64,000 nt of DNA from a virus. Location of the stretch: positions 1 to 64,000 of the IMG/VR virus record IMGVR_UViG_3300036985_005327, one strand, 5' to 3'. The position numbers were made by a program, and so were the translations under genes. Positions within the stretch are counted from its first letter, which is position 1; each line of letters opens with the position of its first letter. Positions 28,192-38,700 of the stretch are shown here, one piece after another. The notes beneath the pieces are model-generated. The model was not told the DNA's origin. It saw only the letters and a list, made by a program, of their open reading frames with translations, and made no database searches.

Positions 28192-30319
28192 CTTCGTTTT
28201 GCTCCTTAATCGAAGCATATTCCTCCTTGTTAAGATTTTCAATGTAATCTACCAGAGGAGTCTCACCTATTCCTGGTTGTATAACCTCTGGTTTGGTCAT
28301 GTACTTTGCCATGCGAGCATCTAGCACACACCCCTCGCACCACGGCGCTATTTCTTTTTTCAAGCACGCTTCGTACTCGTCACAGACTACGCACTCCACT
28401 CGTTTGGTGAGGACGGTTGCAATATCGTGTCGGTTGTCCAGGGCGATAAGCTGCTGCCGTTCTACTGAGTAACTCCCCACCAAACGGTACACCACTGTTT
28501 TTTGTGTTTGACCGATCCTGAAGTTACGCCCTCGTGATTGGTCCCATGCGTCTAGAGACCACGCACGACTGTAATAGATTGAGTATTTTGCTGCCGTAAG
28601 CGTAACCGCAATCCCGGTGTGGATTTGCCCGAGGTATATGCGACACAAAGGGTCAGTTTGGAATCTATCTTCATATTTCTTTATGTGCTGAGTATTTGTC
28701 CCATCGACACGAACATAGTCAAACTTTAACTTCTTGATAAGATTCTCTACGTTATCTAATTCTTCTGTGTAGTTTCCCCAAATAATCACTTTATGCTCAG
28801 GGTCTTCGAGGAGGTCTTCCAGTAAGTCTTTGAGAGCCTCTAACTTTGGATTCTCTTTGTACCTAACGACCTCGATGATCTTAGCTTCAGCGTTTGAACA
28901 GCGGTTTGTTCCGGGTTCGATGTTCTTGGAAACACACTCGAATAAATGTTCACATGTGTCGCAATAATTTCCCGTGGCGGCTTTGGGTACGTAGTAAAAA
29001 CCGCTACACATTTGCATCAGCTTAGTTAACCGAATGGCCCCATGTTTAAAGTCTATACTCTTACCTAAGCCAAGGTGTATCTGGCAGTCTCGTACTGCTA
29101 CGTTGTAGTCCATTAACTGATTCCCTGTAAGGCTATAACGGATGTCAATGTCCTTTCTAGGGGGGAGAGACACACAGTCAGTTAACTTTCTCTCGCTAGA
29201 AACTGAATTAACTCTTTCGTTAATTATGTTCATGTTTTTATAACCACGAACAATGTGCTTGTTATGTGGCGAGATGTCGCAGAACTTGGGCACAAAGTTA
29301 TGCCACTCTTCTGGCATCAAAAACGGGGACAGTATCCTGAGCTGGGTATAGAAGTCGCGAGGGTCGCCTACCGTAGGCGTACCTGACAGCAAGTACCGCC
29401 TGGACGCCCGAGTAGCCAAGGCGTTGATTGCTTTTGTTCGTTGACTGCGAATATTCTTTACGCGATGAGCTTCGTCCAGGATGAGGGTATCAAACGTTAA
29501 TCCCGACAAAAAGGGAACTGTGCCGCCGTTGAGTTGGTCAACGAGCTTAACGATCTCGTCAGCAGTGGCCTTTCCCGCGTAATATGAAGTCAAAAGAGCG
29601 ATCTGGTCTTTTGTAGAATGGATCAAAGCCACAGCGTCAAGAACTCTCGTGTGGTTTTTAGTTGTACCCACTTGAGATTTTTTACGGAGACCTTGCGCTT
29701 CGGCACACAGGACGGGAATACTGTACATCCGAGCCGTATCATAAGACATAATCACAACGTCGAAGTCTTTGGCTTCTACTAACTTGTTCATCTTCTGTTT
29801 GGGTGTCCCAATAATCGCTATAGACGTCAAGGTACCGGCCGAATGAAGAGCTATCTCACGATGCCACGTATTGATCGCTATGACAGGGCATATGACTATC
29901 GTTTTAGTTTTGAGATACGTCAGGGCGTCAACAGCTACTTTAGTTTTCCCTGTTCCCATTTCCCATCGTAAGTACCATCTGTAATTCGCTAAGAGTTCCG
30001 CTGTTCCTTCTTTTTGATGCTCGTAGCTAATGATGTTTCCCGGTGGTGGGTCCTGTGCATTATGTGCGAGCCAATCTTCTTTTGTTAGTGCCTGGGCATA
30101 CGCTTCGTTCTTTGTCTCGGCACTTAAGACATTTTCATTGAGTGTGTCGATGTCTCGTATTACATTATCTAGGAACGGACGGTACGCTGGACAGACCCAA
30201 CTACGGAGTTTCTCGACGTACTGAGCCCCAAACACGTGACCCCAGGAGTCCATTTTGTTTCCAGGAATCAAAAACACAGGGGTTGTTCCAATTTTTACAA
30301 GTCTGACTTCGTTAGACAT
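28172..30319 (-). CDS. SNF2-family helicase
   Basis: EMGTGKT, ILDEAH, LSGTP and QSRGRNFRIGQ motifs. Confidence 0.92.
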   Translation of the reverse strand: MSNEVRLVKIGTTPVFLIPGNKMDSWGHVFGAQYVEKLRSWVCPAYRPFLDNVIRDIDTLNENVLSAETKNEAYAQALTKEDWLAHNAQDPPPGNIISYEHQKEGTAELLANYRWYLRWEMGTGKTKVAVDALTYLKTKTIVICPVIAINTWHREIALHSAGTLTSIAIIGTPKQKMNKLVEAKDFDVVIMSYDTARMYSIPVLCAEAQGLRKKSQVGTTKNHTRVLDAVALIHSTKDQIALLTSYYAGKATADEIVKLVDQLNGGTVPFLSGLTFDTLILDEAHRVKNIRSQRTKAINALATRASRRYLLSGTPTVGDPRDFYTQLRILSPFLMPEEWHNFVPKFCDISPHNKHIVRGYKNMNIINERVNSVSSERKLTDCVSLPPRKDIDIRYSLTGNQLMDYNVAVRDCQIHLGLGKSIDFKHGAIRLTKLMQMCSGFYYVPKAATGNYCDTCEHLFECVSKNIEPGTNRCSNAEAKIIEVVRYKENPKLEALKDLLEDLLEDPEHKVIIWGNYTEELDNVENLIKKLKFDYVRVDGTNTQHIKKYEDRFQTDPLCRIYLGQIHTGIAVTLTAAKYSIYYSRAWSLDAWDQSRGRNFRIGQTQKTVVYRLVGSYSVERQQLIALDNRHDIATVLTKRVECVVCDEYEACLKKEIAPWCEGCVLDARMAKYMTKPEVIQPGIGETPLVDYIENLNKEEYASIKEQNEDADYFQ

Positions 30320-30351
30320 TTCCTATCCTTTCGTTACTAACTGGAGGACAA

Positions 30352-32088
30352 ATGGCAACTGACACGATGCGCCTGTTCGACCCCTATCACGGGGGGATGG
30401 ATGGTACTCATTCGAATCCGTACTACCAATATTCGCAGCTCTACACGCCCAAGCGGCTGAAAGAACTGTTCATCTGGTGCGAGTATCTCTTCTACCAAAG
30501 TCCACACATTTTTGCGGCTCTGCGTAAGTTCGGGGAATACCCCATCACGAAAATTACGTACGAGACCGTAAACGAACATCTGAAAACAAAGCATAAAGAA
30601 CTTCTGGAAAAGACTCTGCGCGTTCGTGAGTTTTTGATTAAGTGCTCGCTCGACAAGTATGTTTACGGTAACGCATTCGTTTCTATGTATCAACCCTTTG
30701 TGCGTTACTTAAAGTGTCCGTCGTGTTCCTCGCTCTCGAACATAAAGAACACCACGTACACATTTGATGTTTCTAATCTCAAGTTCACCTACACGTGTCC
30801 CTCGTGCAAGAAGAGAGCAGTGGTCGGTGAGGACAACATCGAAGATCGAAAACTTCTTTTGAGCAAGGGCATCAATTTCATTCGGTGGGACGCCAAGGAC
30901 CTCGACATCGATCATAATCCTCTCACGGGAGAGTCTACGTACTATTACAAGATTCCTAATGCCATCGTGTCGCGGGTTAACTCCGGTCACAAGATGCTCA
31001 TCGACACCATGCCGATTGGCTTCTTAAAGGCCATCAAGGAGCACAAGCCCTTCAAGTTTGCGCGTGACGCCATCTTCCACATGAAGGTCGGCGCTCCTGC
31101 CGGTATCAATCCGCAGTGGGGACTACCGCCAATCTTGGCTGCTCTCGAGAGGTTCCACTTCACGCAGATTCTTAGGAAGGCCAACGAGGCTATCGCCCTG
31201 GACTACCTCGTTCCTTTTCGTATTCTTCACGCCTCTCAGGCTTCTGGGGTTGCTGACCCGGTTCAGCAAATTAGTCTGGCCAAGTGGAAAGACGAACTCG
31301 ACATCAACATCAGGTTACACCGTAAAGACCCTCTCCATATCATGTACTCGCCCATTCCAGTGGGTATGGTTCAGCTCGGAGGACAGGGCAGAGCACTCTT
31401 GACGCTGGGAGAGATCCAGGAAGCCGAGAAGAGCATCGTAGCAACCCTAGGAATTCCCATGGAGTTCTTATACGGCGGGCTCACGGGACGCGGGATGGAA
31501 GCTACGCTGCGCATGATCGAGAACCAGCTTTCGACACACATCGCGGACCTTATCGACCTAATGCAGTGGATGGATGATAAGTGTGCGGAGTTCCTTGGTT
31601 GGGAAAAAATAACTCTAGGGCTTACGCCATTTCGAATGGTCGATGACTTCGAGAAGCAACAGCTCATGTACAGTGTCTGGCAGTCCGGAAAGCAAACGGG
31701 TTCTCAGGTCATTTCGGACACTACGATGTGCGAGATTTTTGAGATCGATCCTAAACGGGAAGAAGAGCGCATTAAGGACGAAACTCTGCGTGGCTCGCGT
31801 ATCAGCCAACAGATTCAGGCTGAGATGCAGAAGATGCAGAATAATGTCGCGCAACAGTCGCAACAGGAAGCGAACTCTGGTCCTAGCAACTACAATCAGC
31901 AGCAAGTTATCGCGAATGCTGACGGCATCCTGTCTGAGATTATGAATATGGAATACGGCGCGAAGAAGAGCCGCCTGCACCAGTTACAGATGGAAGATTT
32001 TGTGCTGTACTCTGTGGTCATTCAGCGAATGAAACTACAGAACACTCAGATGCTGCAACAAGACCCCGCGCAAGGACAAATGGGATGA
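30352..32088 (+). CDS. Portal protein
   Basis: 578 aa heading the head module; YVYGNAF, IFHMK and WGLPPI portal-like motifs; CPSC..CPSC insertion; Q-rich tail. Confidence 0.72.
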   Translation: MATDTMRLFDPYHGGMDGTHSNPYYQYSQLYTPKRLKELFIWCEYLFYQSPHIFAALRKFGEYPITKITYETVNEHLKTKHKELLEKTLRVREFLIKCSLDKYVYGNAFVSMYQPFVRYLKCPSCSSLSNIKNTTYTFDVSNLKFTYTCPSCKKRAVVGEDNIEDRKLLLSKGINFIRWDAKDLDIDHNPLTGESTYYYKIPNAIVSRVNSGHKMLIDTMPIGFLKAIKEHKPFKFARDAIFHMKVGAPAGINPQWGLPPILAALERFHFTQILRKANEAIALDYLVPFRILHASQASGVADPVQQISLAKWKDELDINIRLHRKDPLHIMYSPIPVGMVQLGGQGRALLTLGEIQEAEKSIVATLGIPMEFLYGGLTGRGMEATLRMIENQLSTHIADLIDLMQWMDDKCAEFLGWEKITLGLTPFRMVDDFEKQQLMYSVWQSGKQTGSQVISDTTMCEIFEIDPKREEERIKDETLRGSRISQQIQAEMQKMQNNVAQQSQQEANSGPSNYNQQQVIANADGILSEIMNMEYGAKKSRLHQLQMEDFVLYSVVIQRMKLQNTQMLQQDPAQGQMG

Positions 32089-32660
32089 ACGAGTTCAGAG
32101 CACAGGTAGAGGACGCACAGAAGTTCGAGTTCACGAACGTCTTTGGCGGAAACAAAGGGGGGAACCTAGTCACCCCTAAGACTGAATCGAGTCAAATAGC
32201 TGACCAGATTAAGGTCATGTATTTCTCGAAGGTGTTTGTGTTGTGGCGTCCTTACGAAGCCTGTCCAAGGTGCAGCAACGAGTTGAACGCAGGGGAAACG
32301 CAGATTCCCATTGAAGGGGATTACACGTGTCCGCATAACGACAACACTGCGTATGAGGCGGTAGTGAATCTTTGTCTGAGTGGAAAAGCACTCATGCAGA
32401 AGCAGGAATTTTTTAACCGCAGGGAAAATGATGCTCGGTGTGTGCACATCATGTGGATGATTGCCGACCCCAGGCACATAGCTGAGATTGAAAATAAAAA
32501 GAAGGCTAAGGAAAAAGACCAGGTGTACCCCCCAAATCCCAAGAAGGTTTTTGACGAGGAGTACGACAAAACGCAAAGTGCGGAGCCCCCCAGCGCCGCA
32601 GTGAACGTTACAGCCTCGACCTCAGTACTACCTGAACAAGAAGTCCCCAAAAAGTTGTGA
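32085..32660 (+). CDS. Hypothetical protein (CPRC..CPH)
   Basis: ATGA overlap with the portal gene; 191 aa. Confidence 0.65.
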   Translation: MNEFRAQVEDAQKFEFTNVFGGNKGGNLVTPKTESSQIADQIKVMYFSKVFVLWRPYEACPRCSNELNAGETQIPIEGDYTCPHNDNTAYEAVVNLCLSGKALMQKQEFFNRRENDARCVHIMWMIADPRHIAEIENKKKAKEKDQVYPPNPKKVFDEEYDKTQSAEPPSAAVNVTASTSVLPEQEVPKKL

Positions 32661-32749
32661 TTACCACTAGCTCTCCTTCTCGTGCAGCGGTTAATTACAC
32701 TGCGTATCCTTATACCTGTAGAGAAAGTATTTTTTGAAAAGGAAACAAA

Positions 32750-35700
32750 ATGACTCAGGATATCCAGCCTTTTTTGGTCAGTGCTGATATAAAACGCGAG
32801 CACATCCGCAATAAGGTTGTGGAGGGTATCCAAGAGTCATTCCCTATAAAGTCGCGCAGCAAGACTATCCACGTAAGCGACATCACTGTTCAGAACAAGG
32901 ACTACTCTCCGTCTGACCAGAAGACCGCTATCATGGAAGGGAACTCCCTCTTCGAACACGTCAAGGGGACCATAACCGTTCGGGACAACGCTACGGGTGA
33001 AATTTCCGATAAGATAAAGAACTTTACCTTAGCAAAGGTTCCGTGGTTTACGCCCCGGCATACGCTGATTGTTGGGGGCAACGAGTACTCTGTCGCGAGC
33101 ATGGTGCGCCCAAAGACAGGTGTCTACGCGCGCAAACGGGCTAACGGTATTCTTGAAGCCAATTTCAACATGCAGGGAGCCTCGAACTTCAACGTGACCA
33201 TGGACCCCGAACAGGGCGAAATGCAGATCGAGTACGGAGCTTCAAAAATTCCTCTGTACCCAATTCTTACGCGAGCAGGATTAACGCACGAAGACATCTC
33301 AACGGCTTGGGGAAAAGACCTGGCTGATAAGAACCGGCAGATGGCCCCCAAGAACGCCAGCGGCGTTGTGGACCGTTTATACAACAAGGTTGTCCCCATC
33401 TACGGAAGAGATGTCCTGAAGTTAACGACTCCCGAAGATAAGGTTAAAGAGATTTTTAACCGCTATTCGAAGGCGACAATGGACCCGGAAGTCAACAAGG
33501 TGACTTTGGGTATGCCGTATTCGAGCGTGACTCCGCACGTGATTCTTGATGCTTCAAAGAAGGTTCTGAAAATTTTCAAGAACAGCGACGAAGTAGACGA
33601 CCGCGACAACTTGGACTTTAAAGCTCTCTACGGGATCGACGATTTCTTCAAAGAGCGCATCAAGCTCGACGCTCGTGACATCGCTCGAAAAGCGTCCATA
33701 AAGATCGAGGCAAAGAAAGACCTGAGACACGCGGTCCAATCTGCTCCGTTTACTCCTGGTCTTTTGAAATTCATTAACACGTCGCGGCTTGTGTCTGTTC
33801 CTACGCAGACAAACCCAATGGAGCTCATAGACTCCTCGATGCGTATCACCTCTCTTGGTGAGGGCGGCATCAGCTCTGAACGAGCTATCCCCATGGAAGC
33901 TCGCATGATTCATCCGACTCAGATCGGTGCCATCGACCCGATGCGTACGCCTGAATCGTTCCAGGCCGGTGTCGATGTCCGAGCGGCCATGATGCTCCAT
34001 AAGGATAAGCAGGGGAACATTTACGTTCCCATGTACGACGTCAAGAATGGGAAGAAGCTCGTCTTTATCCGTGCGGGACAGATTCAAAACAACGTGGTCG
34101 CTTTTCCCCAACAGAAGCTCGAGGGTCAAGTAGACGCGTTAGTTAACGGCGTAACACGGAAGGTATCTGCGTCCACGGTGCAGTACCAGATTCCCCATTC
34201 GTCGGTAATGTACAGCCCTGCAACGAACCTTATTCCGTTCATGGAGTCGAATCAGGGTAACCGAATCATCATGGGGTCTAAGTACCAGACGCAGGCGTTG
34301 TCCTTGGTAGACCGCGACGTACCTAACGTACAGTCTATCTCGCAGACGGGTAAGCCGATGGTCACCGTAATGGCTGAGACCATTAACCCCAAGTCTCCCG
34401 TTGACGGACTCATTACGGAGATAGACAAAGACTACATCCGCATTAAGCCCGATACGGGCAAGGGTGTGGTCAGCGTTCACTACGAAACAAATTTCCCTCT
34501 GGCCGCTAAGTCGTTCCTGCACCACACGCTTAACGTACGGGTTGGTGACCATGTTAAGCAGGGTCAAATGCTTGCTAACTCGAACTACACCAAAGATGGT
34601 CAGCTCGCTCTCGGTAAGAACTTGACCGTTGCATACATGCCTTACCGAGGTGCCAACTCCAATGACGCGGTTGTTGTGAGTGAAGGGGCTGCTAAGAAGT
34701 TAACATCTGAAAAGATGTACAAGATTATAGTAGCGCGCGACGTAGACATGACCTTTAACAAGGACAAGCACCAAGTCTACTACGGGCACGAGTACAAGAG
34801 AGACCAGTACGGGTTGGTAGACGCTGACGGCGTAGTAAAGAAGGGCGCGAAGTTGAACGCGGGCGACCCTGTTATTTTTGGGTTACGTCAGTCAACGATG
34901 ACCCCTGACGACATTTTGCTCGGGCGTCTGCACAAGTCGCTGATAAAGCCTTTTAGAAACGCCTCAGAGATATGGGACCACAACCATACCGGAGAAGTAG
35001 TAGACGTTGTAAAGACGCCCAAGAGAATTGCGATTACGATCAAGGTCAAAGAGCCTGTTGTCGTCGGAGATAAATTATGTTACGCCGTAAACACGGACAT
35101 CTTAACTACCACGGGCTGGAAACCTGTAGAGAAGGTAACGGTTAGCGACGTATGCTACACGCTGAATACTGAAGGTGTAATCGAGCTACACAATCCTACA
35201 AACGTACATGCTTATCCCCATGGGGAAGAGATGTACGAGCTTAAATCGCAACAAGTAGACCTACGTGTAACAGCTAATCACAGTCTTTTAGTTGAACTTA
35301 GAGGCACAAAAACTTTTAATTTAATAGAAGCCAGAGACGTCATTGGAAAACGTGTACGGCATCGTAAAGATGGTGTTTGGTCATGTGGGACTACACCAAA
35401 GTTCTTTGAACTTCCTATCCTAGAAATTTTAGAAACGGGAAAAGGGTGTAAAAAGTCGCAAAAAGCAGCTAACCGACATGCTCCTATCCAAATGTTGGAC
35501 TGGCTTGAATTCCTTGGAATTTATTTAGCTAATGGTTCCACTACTATTTTTAACCGAAAAGACAGAAATGGAGCTGTGGAACATATTGTACAGTTAAGTA
35601 GCGACTACGGTCAAATCCATAGTATTTCGGGAGACCAGTATGCCTGGATTCAAGAAGTAATAGAACGCTGTGGGTTTTATTACCAGGCTATCCCAAAGGG

Positions 35701-38700
35701 GTTCCTTATAAAGTCAAAACAGTTAGCATGTTACCTATCTCAGTTTGGTAAAGCCCCTGACAAGTATGTACCCCAAGAGATTTTTACTTATGGAATAGAT
35801 GCGTCAGACAAGCTTCTTGTAGGGTTGTTGGGATGTGATGGTTCACGCACTCCCTCAGGGTCGTTAGTTTATTCGTCTGTGTCCCGTACGCTAATTGATG
35901 ACGTTCAGAGACTATGTCTTCATCGCGGATGGTCTGCTAACTTTAAGATTAGCCCTCGGACCAATTACCCTGAAACCTGGAACACATGTTATCGCGCTCA
36001 AGTTGTACAATCAAAAAATAGACCACAGGTAAATCACGGACATAGCAAAACGCAAAGTGGTCAATCAGAACGGCTGTTTACATCTGAAGAACCTGTTTAT
36101 GGTTTGACGATCCCGAACCACACGTTGTATGTGCGGCGTAACGGTAAGCCTGTCTGGAGCGGTAACAGCGGAAATTTTGGGAACAAGGGGGTTGTTTCTG
36201 AAATCATACCTGACGAGCACATGATTAAAGACGAGTCAGGGAAGCCCATTGATATCATCGTGACCTCGGCCGGTGTTGTTGGCCGAATCAATCCAGCACA
36301 GATCCTCGAGGCTGCTGTCGGTAAAGTGGCAGCGAAGACAGGTAAGCCCGTCCTAGTAGAAAATTTCTCAAGTAGAGACAACGTCCAGTACGCAAAAGAC
36401 CTACTGAAGAAACACGGAGTCAAAGACAAAGAGACAGTTTTTGACCCGATAACGGGGAAAACTATCCCGAGTGTTTTTGTGGGTAACGGGTATTACTTCA
36501 AAGCCTTTAAGAGCACGGACGTCAACTACAGCGCCAGGAACATTGGAAGCTATGACGCGAATTTACAGCCCACCAAGGGTGGTGACGCGAGCTCTAAAGC
36601 TTTGGGTATGATGGAGTTCGGTGCTCTCGTGGGTCATAACGCTCGTAACGTTCTGTTGGAGGCGTCTACACTCAAGAGCCAAAAGAATGATGAGTTCTGG
36701 CGCGCTCTCCAGATGGGGTACCCTACTCCTCCTCCAAAGACCTCCTTCGCTGCCGACAAGTTTATGAACATGCTCGTAGGAGCCGGGGTCAAGGTAACGC
36801 GTACGGGATCGAAGATTGCTTTGGGTCCGCTCACAGACCACGACACTATGAAGATGTCCGCTGGTGAAATCTTGGAGCCCAAGCTTGTTAGGGCTAAGGA
36901 CCTGAAGCCTGAGAAGGGTGGTCTCTTTGACCCAGGCATTACGGGTGGTCTCAAGGGAGATCGTTGGGCACACATCGATCTCGCGGAGCCAATTGTAAAC
37001 CCCATTTTTGAGGAGCCCGTTCGTCGCTTTTTGGGAATGACCGGGACTAAGCTCACTGAGACTATCCACAATCAAGGTGCTGGTTACCTGAAGACAGAGC
37101 TGAACAAAATAGACCTGGATAAGAAACAGGCTGAGCTGGAAGACAAGAGCAAAAAAGCAAAGGGCTCTGACCTAGACAGCATTGTTAAGCAGCTCAAGTA
37201 CATCAAGTCTCTCAAGTCGTTGAACCTGATTCCGGGTGACGCGTACATCATCTCGAAGATTCCGGTTGTTCCTCCGCTGGTACGCCCTGTCATCCCTGGC
37301 AAGGGAGGTCAGGAGCTCATTTACGGTGACATCAATCCTCTCTATAGAGATCTTCTTTTCGTGAACAACCAGCTCAAGGAAGTTAAGAAGGCTGGCACGA
37401 TGCCTTTTGAGGAAGCCAAGCTTCGCCCGATGCTCCACCAAGCTGTTGGTGCTGTTTACGGAGTAAACGACCCTGTCACCACAAAGTCGTTAGCCCGAGG
37501 GCACAAAGGGTTCCTTACGTATATCGCGGGAGCGGGTAGCCCAAAGTACGGATACTTCCAGTCTAAGCTGATGAAGAAGACACAAGACGTAGCTGGCCGT
37601 GGAACCATTGTCCCGGACAGCAATCTTGGCATAGACGAGGTTGGACTTCCCGAAGATATGATCTGGACGATGTACGAGAAGTTTTTGATTCGGCGTCTCG
37701 TGCAGCAGGGTTACGCACCCCTCGAAGCCCAAGAGATGATTAAGGCGCGTCATCCGCTAGCCAAAGAAGCGTTTATGCGTGAGATCAAAGAACGCCCTGT
37801 GATGATGAATAGAGCTCCCACTCTACACCGTTTTAACATCACTGGTGCTTTTCCTGTGCCAGTAGCAGGACAGACGATTCGGGTGAATCCGTTTGTTGAG
37901 ATTGCCCAAAATGGTGACTACGACGGTGATTGCGCTGATTGTACCCTAGAATATGCTATTTGTATCGCAGGGAAGTATGTGCTACAAAGTCTCCACATTG
38001 GGGATTTCCCCCACAACAAGGAGACGAAGAAAGTGACTGGAAACAAAGAGCTCTACGAAGTCCCGGCGAACACGTTTGTCTTTGGCTACAGCGAGAAGAA
38101 CCAGAGGGTGCAACTCTGTGAGGTGACGCACTTCTCGGTGCACCATGACTTGGAGATGGTGAACGCCACGCTCACCAGTGGGAGGTCCGTGAAGGTTTCT
38201 CGCGACCACAGCATGTTCGGCATGAACCCGGAGACAGGTGAGCTGTCGCGGTTCAAAGCCGAAGAGGGTATTGGTTGGGGCACACCTAAACCACGCCAGT
38301 TATTCGTAGAACAAAAACGAGATTATTTAACTGACCACTGTGACGCTCCTGACCTAGAGAATGTACCGATGGACTTCAACTTAGGTTGGGTACTAGGTGC
38401 TTGGGCGGGAGATGGGTGGGTTGGTCACTCAAACGATAGCCCCAACCAAGTGTGTCTTGCAAAGGTTGACCCGCTAGTTCGGCATACATTTACGCAGCGT
38501 ATGTTCCGTTATAAGGAGGACGCGAGTTTGCGTGAGTACTCGGCCACGCATGATTACGGAGGAGGTGAGTACACTTCTACGAAAATACACATAAATAATA
38601 CTAAACTGGCTAAGTGGTTTTCAGGTGTCACCGAAGGCATCCGGGGCTCCCATAACAAAAAGCTTCCTAGTTGGTTTATGCACGGTAAAGAAGATTTCCT

